Assembly (NCBI GenBank): GCA_017412085.1
Contig: JAFPYS010000019.1
Span: 90,155-154,154, forward strand
DNA from: Alphaproteobacteria bacterium
GTDB lineage: Bacteria; Pseudomonadota; Alphaproteobacteria; CAAHEQ01; UBA3637
Direction of reading: 5' to 3'
Length of the DNA stretch: 64,000 nucleotides
Under the pieces are notes generated by a model that was given only the letters and a program-made list of their open reading frames with translations, had not been told where the DNA came from and searched no databases. Within the stretch, counting starts at the first letter, position 1. Every line of letters begins with the position of its first letter. Positions 28,788-37,516 of the stretch are shown one piece after another. A program made the translations under genes and the position numbers.

Positions 28788-30554
28788 TTAGCGCAATTTG
28801 ATATGCACTTCGCGTAGCTGAGTCTCCGTTACCGGTGACGGTGCATGCATCAACAAATCCTGTGCTTGTTGGTTGAACGGGAATGCAATCACTTCGCGAA
28901 TGAATTCTTCGTTTTCCAACATCATCACAATGCGGTCAAAACCAAACGCTGCACCACCATGTGGCGGAGCACCATACTTGAAGGCATTCAACATGCCGCC
29001 AAACTTGGCTTCTACCACTTCGGGGCCGTAACCAGCAATTTCAAACGCTTTATACATAACGTCTGGTCTATGGTTACGGATCGCACCTGACAACATTTCC
29101 AAACCATTACCCACCATATCAAACTGATAGGCCTTGATGGTTAAAGGATCATTAGTTGTCAATGCTTCCAACTCACCCTGAGGCATAGAGAATGGGTTAT
29201 GGCTAAACATCGGTTTGCCCGTTTCAGGATCCTGTTCATAGAATGGGAAATCCACCACCCAACAGAATCGATATGCGTTCTTTTCAAACAAATCCAACTC
29301 GTGACCAAGTAAGTTGCGCACTTTACCAGCAAACAAGGCTGCTTTATCGCCCTTACCGCAGATAAAGAACACGCTGTCGCCCTGCTCTAATTCAGTTAAT
29401 TCAAACAGTTTGGCCAAACGGGCATCATCCAACTTTTTGGCAATTGGGCCTTTGTTACCATCGGCCGCGCGGACAATATATCCCAAACCGCCCATTTCAT
29501 TTTCAACGGCAAAGGCGTTCAGTTTATCAAACCAACTGCGTGGACGATCTTCGGTCTTTGGCGCTTTAATTGCACGCACAAAGCCACCTTCGGCAACAGC
29601 ATTTGCAAAGATTCCGAATTCAGATCCCGCGAATACTTCCGACACATCCACAATCTTAAGTGGGTTACGCAAATCCGGCTTATCTGTACCGTACGTTTTC
29701 ATCGCTTCATCAAACGGAATACGCGGGAACGGAGCCACCGAAGAAGCTGCTTCTGGTGCAAATTCTTTAAAGATAGCACTAATCAGCTTCTCCCCAACTT
29801 CCATGATTTCATCCTGCGTCACAAACGACATTTCCCAGTCAATCTGATAAAATTCACCAGGCGAACGATCAGCACGAGAATCCTCGTCTCTGAAGCATGG
29901 CGCCAATTGGAAATAGCGGTCAAATCCCGCCACCATCAACAGCTGTTTAAATTGCTGTGGGGATTGTGGCAAGGCATAAAATTCGCCTTTGTGCACTCGA
30001 CTTGGCACCAAATAGTCACGCGCACCTTCCGGACTGGAGGATGTTAAAATTGGTGTTTGAAATTCTGTAAATCCCATTTCCCACATCTTATCGCGCACAA
30101 ATTTGTTCAAACGGTTACGCATTAAAATGTTCGCATGTGGTTTTGTCCGGCGCAAATCCAAAAAGCGATAAGTCAACCGTTGCTCTTCGCTTAAATCCGC
30201 TGAATCCGCGGTAATTAAAAACGGTAACACCTGGGCTTCCCCCAGCACATCCACCTTTTCCACACCAACTTCGATTTCGCCGGTTGACATTTTGGGATTG
30301 ACGGTTTCGGGTGTTCTTGTTAACACTTTACCTTCAATACGAACGACAGATTCCGGACGCGCTTTTTCCAAAGTGCCAAAGCACGGACTGGAAGTGTCCA
30401 CCACGCACTGCGTCACACCATCATTATCGCGCAAATCCACAAACAACAGGTTTCCATGGTCACGTTTGGTTTGAATCCAACCAGCCAAGACAACTGTTTC
30501 GCCGGCATTGCTTGCGCGCAATTGGCCGCAGAGTTTTGTTCTATAATTTTGCAT
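28788..30554 (-). CDS. aspS: aspartate--tRNA ligase
   Basis: 588 aa. N-terminal OB anticodon-binding domain, class II motifs (FRDE, GxGxGxDR-like [15 protein letters not shown], GGxxxGxGxDR-like [12 protein letters not shown]). Its cognate tRNA-Asp is encoded about 1 kb away. Confidence 0.95.
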   Translation of the reverse strand: MQNYRTKLCGQLRASNAGETVVLAGWIQTKRDHGNLLFVDLRDNDGVTQCVVDTSSPCFGTLEKARPESVVRIEGKVLTRTPETVNPKMSTGEIEVGVEKVDVLGEAQVLPFLITADSADLSEEQRLTYRFLDLRRTKPHANILMRNRLNKFVRDKMWEMGFTEFQTPILTSSSPEGARDYLVPSRVHKGEFYALPQSPQQFKQLLMVAGFDRYFQLAPCFRDEDSRADRSPGEFYQIDWEMSFVTQDEIMEVGEKLISAIFKEFAPEAASSVAPFPRIPFDEAMKTYGTDKPDLRNPLKIVDVSEVFAGSEFGIFANAVAEGGFVRAIKAPKTEDRPRSWFDKLNAFAVENEMGGLGYIVRAADGNKGPIAKKLDDARLAKLFELTELEQGDSVFFICGKGDKAALFAGKVRNLLGHELDLFEKNAYRFCWVVDFPFYEQDPETGKPMFSHNPFSMPQGELEALTTNDPLTIKAYQFDMVGNGLEMLSGAIRNHRPDVMYKAFEIAGYGPEVVEAKFGGMLNAFKYGAPPHGGAAFGFDRIVMMLENEEFIREVIAFPFNQQAQDLLMHAPSPVTETQLREVHIKLR

Positions 30555-30559
30555 TTTTT

Positions 30560-30730
30560 ATCCTTTTCTTTTTGTTAAGTGCAAGGGCGGATTTCGTCCG
30601 CTGTGCCACCTTGCTTCAGGGTCACATGAACCCCCTTAAACACGCTGTAACGGGCGCTCCCGAAGGGTTCTACTGAGCCGTCAGGCCGTTCTTCCCTTAT
30701 GCTCCCCTGTGTCATCAGGATCAAAGCCTC
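30560..30730. ncRNA. GC-rich (~58%) structured intergenic segment; candidate small RNA or 5' leader (unclassified)
   Basis: A local GC island in an AT-rich intergenic region with several hairpins (GCGGA-TTTCG-TCCGC, CCC-GAA-GGG, GAACCCC...GGGTTC long-range pairing) and no convincing ORF. It does not match SRP, tmRNA or RNase P hallmarks by eye. Confidence 0.25.
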
Positions 30731-30821
30731 TCTATTATATAATATAAAAAAACGAATTGCAATAAAAAAATACTTGCGAAATAAAAATCAGTATGTTATA
30801 AAGGAAGAAAAGTGAGGGAAG

Positions 30822-32222
30822 ATGCAACCAAAACAACACCCAGGTCATCCTGAACCGGTTTCAGGATCTTATCATAATAAAGAAATTCTGAAACGCGCTG
30901 TGCTTGTTCAGAATGACAGATGCACAGATTCTGGCCGCAGCATGGTGGAAATGCTGGGCATGTTGGCAATTATGGGATTGTTGGGCATTGCAGCGATTTA
31001 TGGCATCCAAATGGCCATGAACAAGACGAAAGCAAATCAAATTATAAAAGATGGACGTTTAGCACATACTTCGTTAATTACAGATCCTATGGCATCGGAG
31101 TCTCCATGGCAAGACGCTGGCTTTACCCCTCTTTCCGATAAAACAATTCAAAAATGTATAAATGCCAACCAGCAACCTCTTGTGAAAGTGCAAGATGTCC
31201 AACCTTCTGTCTGTAAAGAGTTATTACAATACACGGGAATGGGAGAAGTTAAATTTTATAATGCTGTTGCGGGAAACACCTGTTCGGCTAGCGCAAACGA
31301 ACTAACCACCTGTGGTGATCAAAACCAAGATATTGTCATTTTATTTGACGCCAATGGGATGTCTGACGAATCGGGAGACGATACTGGATGCCGAACCGCT
31401 GCCGACTGCGATAACGGGTGGTGTAATAACGGCGAATGTGTGCCCTGCCCGGATTATCAACAGCCCAACGAACAAGGCGATGGCTGTACCGCAAATTGTA
31501 AGCAAGAAACACAAGATCGTTGTGGGATTGGCGAAGGAGACGACGCCATTGATTGGTGTTGTGACAAAGAATTACAGTGTGGTTCAGAACCCGGCACTTG
31601 TTCCGATGGAACATGCAGTTGGGAATTTCATCAGTTCGCGCCCAAAGCGACATGTCAATGGACTTTTGAACAAAAAGCCCCTCATAGCGATTGCACGGTT
31701 ACCTTGACCTATAATGCCGGCGGCACAGAGGTCACGGATGTCACCACAACCGGTTGTGCAGATTCTGGTGAATATTGTTATGTGGCTTATACAGATGCTG
31801 ATTGCGATGCCACAAATCATGCGGTTCAAAATGGTTCCACCGGCACATTACATGGTGTGTGCAACGCCATGACAACGGTAAATACAACCTGTGTGCCAGA
31901 ACTTACTTACACATCGTCAGGTTGCGATACCGCCGGACAATATTGTTATTTGTACTACACAGACCAAGGGTGCAGCACCCCCGCCGGTAATAGTGCAACA
32001 ACGCTTTATGGTGTGTGCCAAGGCATGACAACGGTCAATACAACCTGCGTTCCAGAAATCACCATGGAAGAAAAAACTTATTGCCAATCTGGTGAATATT
32101 GTTATCTGAAATGGGCGACAAATACAGCTTGCACCGAGCTTACGAACGGCGCCAGCGATGTCCTGTATGGCACATGCATCGCCCAAAACGCCGCCTCAGG
32201 CAGCTGCCCGTATAATCATTAA
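30822..32222 (+). CDS. type IV pilin-like (prepilin N-terminal cleavage/methylation motif) secreted protein with three Cys-rich tandem repeats
   Basis: G|RSMVEMLGMLAIMGLLGIAAIYG follows the class III signal pattern (Gly-1, Glu+5, hydrophobic helix). The C-terminal half has three ~55-aa repeats ending in MTTVNTTCVPE and containing GEYCY...LYGVC. Confidence 0.65.
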   Translation: MQPKQHPGHPEPVSGSYHNKEILKRAVLVQNDRCTDSGRSMVEMLGMLAIMGLLGIAAIYGIQMAMNKTKANQIIKDGRLAHTSLITDPMASESPWQDAGFTPLSDKTIQKCINANQQPLVKVQDVQPSVCKELLQYTGMGEVKFYNAVAGNTCSASANELTTCGDQNQDIVILFDANGMSDESGDDTGCRTAADCDNGWCNNGECVPCPDYQQPNEQGDGCTANCKQETQDRCGIGEGDDAIDWCCDKELQCGSEPGTCSDGTCSWEFHQFAPKATCQWTFEQKAPHSDCTVTLTYNAGGTEVTDVTTTGCADSGEYCYVAYTDADCDATNHAVQNGSTGTLHGVCNAMTTVNTTCVPELTYTSSGCDTAGQYCYLYYTDQGCSTPAGNSATTLYGVCQGMTTVNTTCVPEITMEEKTYCQSGEYCYLKWATNTACTELTNGASDVLYGTCIAQNAASGSCPYNH

Positions 32223-32228
32223 GTTAAT

Positions 32229-32657
32229 TTAGTCATGGTTATCAACGCAAATCGCTCTTGCTGTGGCGCTTCGATTTGACCACCAAATACTACAACCAAG
32301 ATCACATCTTCCACCAACTTGAAGTGCCTGAGTGCCATTTTCATTTGCATCCGCCAACCAAATACCCGTAATAGCAGAATAACTGCTGATATTACCACAA
32401 CGAGCTGAATTATTAACAAATGACATACTTCCGCCAGTGCATACGTCTTCATATCTTGCTAAACGCATACCATTGGCGTTACACCATGCAAAAGCGCTCC
32501 ACCAATTCATAAATGAAGCTGAAGATGCAGATGACATACATAAACGTTGTGTTGTATTTACTTTTCCCATATATTCCGTTCCACCGGTACATGTGGCGTG
32601 GGCAAGCGAAGAACAAAGCAAACAAGCCCCCGCAAACAACAATACAGATTTTTTCAT
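32229..32657 (-). CDS. small secreted C-type-lectin-like (CTLD-like) protein, paralog A
   Basis: Signal peptide MKKSVLLFAGACLLCSSLAHA, then ATCTGGTEY, then MNWWSAFAWCNANGMRLA (WxxAxxxCxxxGxxLA of the CTLD) and 6-8 Cys. AGGAGGG RBS. Confidence 0.65.
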   Translation of the reverse strand: MKKSVLLFAGACLLCSSLAHATCTGGTEYMGKVNTTQRLCMSSASSASFMNWWSAFAWCNANGMRLARYEDVCTGGSMSFVNNSARCGNISSYSAITGIWLADANENGTQALQVGGRCDLGCSIWWSNRSATARAICVDNHD

Positions 32658-32702
32658 GAAATCCCTCCTTTTGCGTTGTTTTGACGAAAGAAAAACATGC
32701 AC

Positions 32703-32720
32703 TTTAAACGACCGTTTAAA
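32703..32720. promoter_or_regulatory. 18-bp perfect palindrome TTTAAACGACCGTTTAAA (candidate operator), copy 1
   Basis: Inverted repeat TTTAAACG-AC-CGTTTAAA about 48 nt upstream of the ATG of paralog A. The same element recurs at 33170 and, degenerate, at 33281. Confidence 0.45.
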
Positions 32721-32743
32721 ATGCATGGGGAAAAATGAAAAAA

Positions 32744-33130
32744 TTATTGACTATTTGGAGCGCAAAGAGCTTTTGAGCCTGTCCACACACGATCGGCAGT
32801 TTTGTAGTATGTGTAACTACCGTTTACCTCAATATATGCACGTAACGTTGTTCCAACGGGATCTGCTAAACCTGCAGGATAAGCTGCATTGGCCAATCTG
32901 TGGTAACAATTCAAACTTTCATCGGACTTCATACGACACATTTCCATCCAAGTTGCTAAATGCATACCATTGGCGTTACACCAAGCATGGGCGGACCAGT
33001 AATTCATTGTCTTATTAGATACACAAAATTTTACATTGTTGTTTGTGTACTCAGTTCCGCCTTCACAAGTTGCATGTATTGGGCTTGAAAAGATTAAAAG
33101 CAAGGACATCAGAATAGAAATTTTTTTCAT
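32744..33130 (-). CDS. small secreted C-type-lectin-like protein, paralog B
   Basis: Signal peptide MKKISILMSLLLIFSSPIHA, then TCEGGTEY, then MNYWSAHAWCNANGMHLA. The C-terminal VWTGS...ALCAPNSQ resembles the CTLD WIGL...C end. AGGAG RBS. Confidence 0.65.
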   Translation of the reverse strand: MKKISILMSLLLIFSSPIHATCEGGTEYTNNNVKFCVSNKTMNYWSAHAWCNANGMHLATWMEMCRMKSDESLNCYHRLANAAYPAGLADPVGTTLRAYIEVNGSYTYYKTADRVWTGSKALCAPNSQ

Positions 33131-33169
33131 TTAAAACTCCTTAGATAAGCATTGATTTTAGGCATTTAC

Positions 33170-33187
33170 TTTAAACGACCGTTTAAA
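33170..33187. promoter_or_regulatory. 18-bp palindrome TTTAAACGACCGTTTAAA, copy 2 (upstream of paralog B)
   Basis: An identical 18-mer lies within a 45-nt block (ACTTTAAACGACCGTTTAAAATGCATGGGGAAAAATGAAAAAA) that is duplicated at 32701-32745. Confidence 0.45.
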
Positions 33188-33338
33188 ATGCATGGGGAAA
33201 AATGAAAAAAATAAAAAAACAGATACTTTTTTTATTGACTTACCTGTTTTTTTATTGTATCAAAGTATTAGGCGACAAAAACGGTCGTTTAAAGTGCATG
33301 TTTTTCTTGCGTCAAAACAACGCAAAAGGAGGGATTTC

Positions 33339-33773
33339 ATGAAAAAATTATTTGTCTTAATTGGACTTACTCTTGCGATGTCATCAACTTCCGCCTATGC
33401 AGGCTGTACTGGTGGAACAACGTTTAACACCACCATAAATTCATTAACCCTTTGCAAATCAACCGCTTCTATGAACTGGTGGAGTGCTTTCGCATGGTGT
33501 AAAGCAAACGGCATGCATCTTGCCACTTTTCAAGATGCTTTTGGCGATGCAACTTTAGCCTACAATAGCAATTGTACACTTAGCATAAATAGCAATATGT
33601 ACAACATGTCTGGCATCAATGGATACCCATGGTTGGCCTTGCCCGGAGATGATAATAGCGGAGAAACGGCTTTTGCGGTTTGCGGAGTGTCAACCGGTGG
33701 TTGGCATCGGGTAAACAAATACTCAAGAACTACAGCCAGGCCTGCTCTTTGTGCGCCGAACACAAATAATTAA
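33339..33773 (+). CDS. small secreted C-type-lectin-like protein, paralog C
   Basis: Signal peptide MKKLFVLIGLTLAMSSTSAYA, then GCTGGTTF, then MNWWSAFAWCKANGMHLA. WLALPGDDNSGETAFAVCG...ALCAPN resembles the CTLD WIGL.D...EDCV...C end. Its 5' leader (33281-33338) is about 95% identical to the paralog A leader. Confidence 0.65.
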   Translation: MKKLFVLIGLTLAMSSTSAYAGCTGGTTFNTTINSLTLCKSTASMNWWSAFAWCKANGMHLATFQDAFGDATLAYNSNCTLSINSNMYNMSGINGYPWLALPGDDNSGETAFAVCGVSTGGWHRVNKYSRTTARPALCAPNTNN

Positions 33774-33809
33774 CATGACATTTCAAAAAAATTATGCTAT
33801 AATAGGGGC

Positions 33810-34790
33810 ATGTTAAAAGAAAAATGTCCTTATTTCGGCAGATGTGGTGGCTGCGTGTGGCAAGACCTCAGCCAACAAGATTATATTGCCAAAAAGGAAA
33901 GTTTCATCCTGCACGCCTTTCGCGATGTCGGCCTTGATGTCCAATTGTCCCCCATGGTCCTGATTCCAACGGGCACCCGCCGGCGCGCCAGTTTTGCTTT
34001 CATGGGACCCCACTTTGGCTATAACGAAATGAAGAGCCACAAGATTGTTGACATCACCGCCTGCCCTTTATTAACGCTGGCCATTAACGCGGCCATCCCT
34101 ATCTTAAAACAAACGATTGCCCAGCTTAAATCATCCGGCGATTGCTTTGTTTTGGACACACCATCGGGCTTGGACATTCACGTTAAAGACAAAAAAGGTA
34201 TGCCCAAATTGGCTGAGTTAGAACTTTTAAGCACATTAAATCAAGAATCCTCCATTGCACGCGTTATTTACAATGACACACCAATTTTTGAAAAAACACC
34301 CCTACCCGCCACAGCGGACAGCTTTGCTCAACCAAGCCAAGAGGGAGAAAATACTCTGATCCGCTTGATGTTGGAAAATGTGGGCGATGCCAAAAAAGCC
34401 GTGGATTTGTTCTGTGGAAAAGGCACATTTACAAAGCCCTTAATTGAAAAAGGCTTAAGCGTTATGGGATATGATAATTCCAACAGTGTCCATGCCCTGG
34501 GGGTTAACGGCAACCAGCGCGATCTTTTTCGAAATCCCTTAATTGCTGACGAATTGAACGGCATTGATTTGGCGGTGTTGGATCCCCCTCGTGCCGGTGC
34601 TTTGGCTCAGGTGCAACAACTGGCGCAGGCAAATATTCCTAATATCATCATGATTTCCTGCAACCCCAAAACGGCGGCACGCGATATGAAGCTGTTAATT
34701 GACGTCGGTTGGCATATACAGAAAATAATTCCTATCGATCAATTTACTTATTCCAACCACATAGAATTGCTGGCAGTTTTAAGAAAATAA
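33810..34790 (+). CDS. 23S rRNA (uracil-5)-methyltransferase, RlmC/RlmD (RumA) family without the TRAM domain
   Basis: N-terminal Fe-S Cys cluster CPYFGRCGGC...C, SAM motif VDLFCGKGTF, catalytic DPPRAG motif, and C-terminal ISCNP nucleophile Cys. Confidence 0.75.
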   Translation: MLKEKCPYFGRCGGCVWQDLSQQDYIAKKESFILHAFRDVGLDVQLSPMVLIPTGTRRRASFAFMGPHFGYNEMKSHKIVDITACPLLTLAINAAIPILKQTIAQLKSSGDCFVLDTPSGLDIHVKDKKGMPKLAELELLSTLNQESSIARVIYNDTPIFEKTPLPATADSFAQPSQEGENTLIRLMLENVGDAKKAVDLFCGKGTFTKPLIEKGLSVMGYDNSNSVHALGVNGNQRDLFRNPLIADELNGIDLAVLDPPRAGALAQVQQLAQANIPNIIMISCNPKTAARDMKLLIDVGWHIQKIIPIDQFTYSNHIELLAVLRK

Positions 34791-34865
34791 ATCTTTTTCA
34801 TTTTTTTGTTGACAATACTATTTTATTAAGTTAAACTAATGGTTGCAATAAACAAGGAGGACTTT

Positions 34866-35348
34866 ATGAGAAAAAAATCCGTTAATGGCACCGTTCGTGG
34901 ACGCTTATCTGATGGCACCCCAAATCCAATTGATTTATACGTTGGCTCGCGCGTGCGTATGCGCCGTACTTTGCTGGGCATGAGCCAAGAAAGGTTGGCT
35001 GCCGAGCTTGGGATTACCTTTCAGCAAGTACAAAAATACGAACGCGGATCAAATCGTATTGGCGCCAGTCGTTTGTGGGACCTAGCACAAGTTTTAGGTG
35101 TTAATGTGGATTTCTTTTATCAGGATATCGACACGCAAACCGTTGACCAAAGTCCCCGCAAAATCTATGCACATCCTGAATTATCAGAAGAAATTTCCGA
35201 ATTTGACATGGATACTTTGTTGCGACGAGATGTGGCAACTCTTTTGCGTGCTTATACAAAAATTAAAGACCCCAAAATTCAGCACAATATTTTAGATGTC
35301 ATTATAGCTTTAGCCAGCACACAAGCAACAGAGGCTGAAAAAAATTAA
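34866..35348 (+). CDS. XRE-family helix-turn-helix transcriptional regulator
   Basis: HTH LLGMSQERLAAELGITFQQVQKYERGSNRIGASRL. AGGAGG RBS before MRKKS. Convergent with sufT, with overlapping stops. Confidence 0.7.
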   Translation: MRKKSVNGTVRGRLSDGTPNPIDLYVGSRVRMRRTLLGMSQERLAAELGITFQQVQKYERGSNRIGASRLWDLAQVLGVNVDFFYQDIDTQTVDQSPRKIYAHPELSEEISEFDMDTLLRRDVATLLRAYTKIKDPKIQHNILDVIIALASTQATEAEKN

Positions 35349-35728
35349 ATTCCCATCATCAGCTTGATTTCTTCGGACAACATGTCTGTTGTCCATGGCG
35401 GATCAAATGTTAAATTTACTGTAACAACACCGACACCAACCACAGATGAAACCGCCTGTGCCGCCATTTGAATCATCTCGTCTCCCATGGGGCAAGTTGG
35501 CGATGTCAACGTCATCAAAACATCCACATCCCCATTTTCTTTTTGATCCACATTATAAACAAGCCCTAAATCAAACACATTCAACATCAATTCTGGATCT
35601 TGCACAGACTTCAACGCGCCGATTATATCTTCATGTGAAGCACGTTTGGCTCCCTTGGGCAAAGGAGTTCCAGCCTTGGCGGTATAGTTTAATTCAATCG
35701 GTGTTGGTGCCTGCAATTCTTCTGTCAT
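35345..35728 (-). CDS. sufT: SufT-like Fe-S cluster assembly protein (DUF59/MIP18 family)
   Basis: 127 aa with LTSPTCPMGDEM and VTVNLTFDPPWTTDM, typical of DUF59. Last gene of the suf operon. Confidence 0.7.
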   Translation of the reverse strand: MTEELQAPTPIELNYTAKAGTPLPKGAKRASHEDIIGALKSVQDPELMLNVFDLGLVYNVDQKENGDVDVLMTLTSPTCPMGDEMIQMAAQAVSSVVGVGVVTVNLTFDPPWTTDMLSEEIKLMMGI

Positions 35729-36906
35729 TTGAAAAATCCTATTGCTTTTTTAAGCGCCTTTAAAAACTTCTCAATATCTTTTGAATCATTATAAAGCCCC
35801 AATGAAACACGCAAGCTTGCCTTCACACCAAAACGGGCATGCAATGGCATTGCACAATGGTGCCCCACCCGTACACACACATTTTCTTTGGCTAAAATGA
35901 GATTCAAATCATCGGCATGAATTCCCTTAACATTAAAAGCAACCAAACCTGTTTTTAAATCTGGATTGCCCAAAAATTCAACATTCTTAATTTGCTTTAA
36001 TCCTTTAATCAAAGTGGCAAAGACACCATTTTCTTCTTTTTGAATTTTTGCAAAACCTATTTTGTTAACATACTTCAATGCCTCAGCCAAACCAACAGCA
36101 TTGGCAATAGGTGGCGTTCCCGCCTCAAAACGAGCGGGCACGTCGGCAAAAGTCGTTTTCTCAACACGCACCGTGTCCACCATATCGCCGCCGAACTGAT
36201 AAGGTTTCAATTCATTCAATGCCTTGCACTTTCCATACAAAACACCGATTCCATTTGGACCATAAATTTTATGGCCAGAAAATGCCATATAATCGCAATC
36301 TAATGTCTTAACATCCACAGACATGTGAGCAATACTTTGCGCCACATCCAGCATTACTTTTGCACCAACTTTGTGTGCTAATTTCACCACTTTTTCCACA
36401 GGATTTACAACACCCAACACATTAGAAAGCTGAGCCACAGCCACAACTTTTGTGCGCTTAGTCAATTGCTTTTCAAAATCATTTAAATCCCATCGACCAT
36501 CATCCAACACATTAAAAGTTTTAAAAGTCGCACCAGAAAGGATACAGGCCTGTTGCCACGGAACAAAGTTGGCATGGTGTTCCGCAATACACACCAACAC
36601 CTCGTCACCTTTTTTTAATGTTTGGGCATAGCTTGCCGCCACCAAATTAATCGCCTCCGTCGCCCCCTTGGTAAAGACAATTTCCTTTGAATCGGCACGG
36701 ATGAAATCAGCCACCGTTTGGCGTGCCTCTTCATATAGCTTAGTTGCCTTTAATGCTAACTCACACGACCCACGATGGACATTGGCATAATCACTCTGAT
36801 AAAAGGATAGCAACTTATCCAACACCTTCTGCGGTTTTTGTGCAGAAGCAGCAGAATCCAAATACACATAATCTTTTTCAAAAATTTTGAAATCTTTTTT
36901 AAGCAT
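35725..36906 (-). CDS. sufS: cysteine desulfurase SufS (class II aminotransferase V)
   Basis: PLP-Lys motif SGHKIYGPNGIGVLYGK and active-site Cys in HHCAMPL. Start set at the ATG whose ATGCTTAA overlaps the sufD stop. Confidence 0.9.
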   Translation of the reverse strand: MLKKDFKIFEKDYVYLDSAASAQKPQKVLDKLLSFYQSDYANVHRGSCELALKATKLYEEARQTVADFIRADSKEIVFTKGATEAINLVAASYAQTLKKGDEVLVCIAEHHANFVPWQQACILSGATFKTFNVLDDGRWDLNDFEKQLTKRTKVVAVAQLSNVLGVVNPVEKVVKLAHKVGAKVMLDVAQSIAHMSVDVKTLDCDYMAFSGHKIYGPNGIGVLYGKCKALNELKPYQFGGDMVDTVRVEKTTFADVPARFEAGTPPIANAVGLAEALKYVNKIGFAKIQKEENGVFATLIKGLKQIKNVEFLGNPDLKTGLVAFNVKGIHADDLNLILAKENVCVRVGHHCAMPLHARFGVKASLRVSLGLYNDSKDIEKFLKALKKAIGFFK

Positions 36907-37516
36907 TTTCATCCATCCATTTTTGAATTGTATCAGAAAATTCATCTGGCATCAAGTCCCCCAAGAAAGAAGATAACAAAATTTTCCTTGCCTCGTTTTC
37001 GGGGATTCCTCTTGTCTGCAAATAGAACATTTGATTTTGATCCAAAGGCCCCACCGCCGACCCGTGAGAACATATTACATCGTCCGCCCAAATTTCCAAT
37101 TGCGGGGTGGCCTCAATTTTTGCTTTTGGGGATAAAATCAGTCCACGATGATGTTGTCGACCATCACATTTTTGACTGGATTTTGGAATCTCAATAATCC
37201 CTTTAAATGAAACGGCACTTTCATCTGTCACAATGCCCCGAATATACTGTTCAGAGGTTGTTTTTTTATGTTTGTGTAATACTTTAATATTTATGTTTAA
37301 GTTATTGTTTTTATTTGTTAAATATGCACAATTTATTTTGCATTTTGCCGCCTCTCCCTGAAGACTGACCAACACATCCAAATCGTCTGTCATTTGCAAA
37401 AAATCGACCCATAAATTTCCATTTTTACCCACCTCAAAAACCCAAGATTTTTCATCTGGATTTTTGACGACCACCTGGTCCTGTGCGTGAATCAAAAATG
37501 GATTAGAATTTGTCAT
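36899..37516 (-). CDS. sufD: SufD-like Fe-S cluster assembly protein, short form (205 aa)
   Basis: C-terminal HGSAVGPLDQNQMFYLQTRGIPENEARKILLSSF matches the SufB/SufD C-terminal helix motif. Located between sufC and sufS. Confidence 0.65.
   Translation of the reverse strand: MTNSNPFLIHAQDQVVVKNPDEKSWVFEVGKNGNLWVDFLQMTDDLDVLVSLQGEAAKCKINCAYLTNKNNNLNINIKVLHKHKKTTSEQYIRGIVTDESAVSFKGIIEIPKSSQKCDGRQHHRGLILSPKAKIEATPQLEIWADDVICSHGSAVGPLDQNQMFYLQTRGIPENEARKILLSSFLGDLMPDEFSDTIQKWMDENA

Noticed and set aside
30311-30676. 121-aa plus-strand ORF overlapping the aspS 5' end and the GC-rich island
   Set aside because: It is antisense to aspS for half its length, has no RBS, and is probably an artefact of the GC-rich sequence.
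30560-30730. SRP (4.5S) RNA, tmRNA or RNase P RNA identity for the GC-rich island
   Set aside because: The conserved domain IV motif (GGAAGCAGC with a GNRA tetraloop), the tmRNA ends and the RNase P P4 motifs are all absent. It is kept only as an unclassified candidate.
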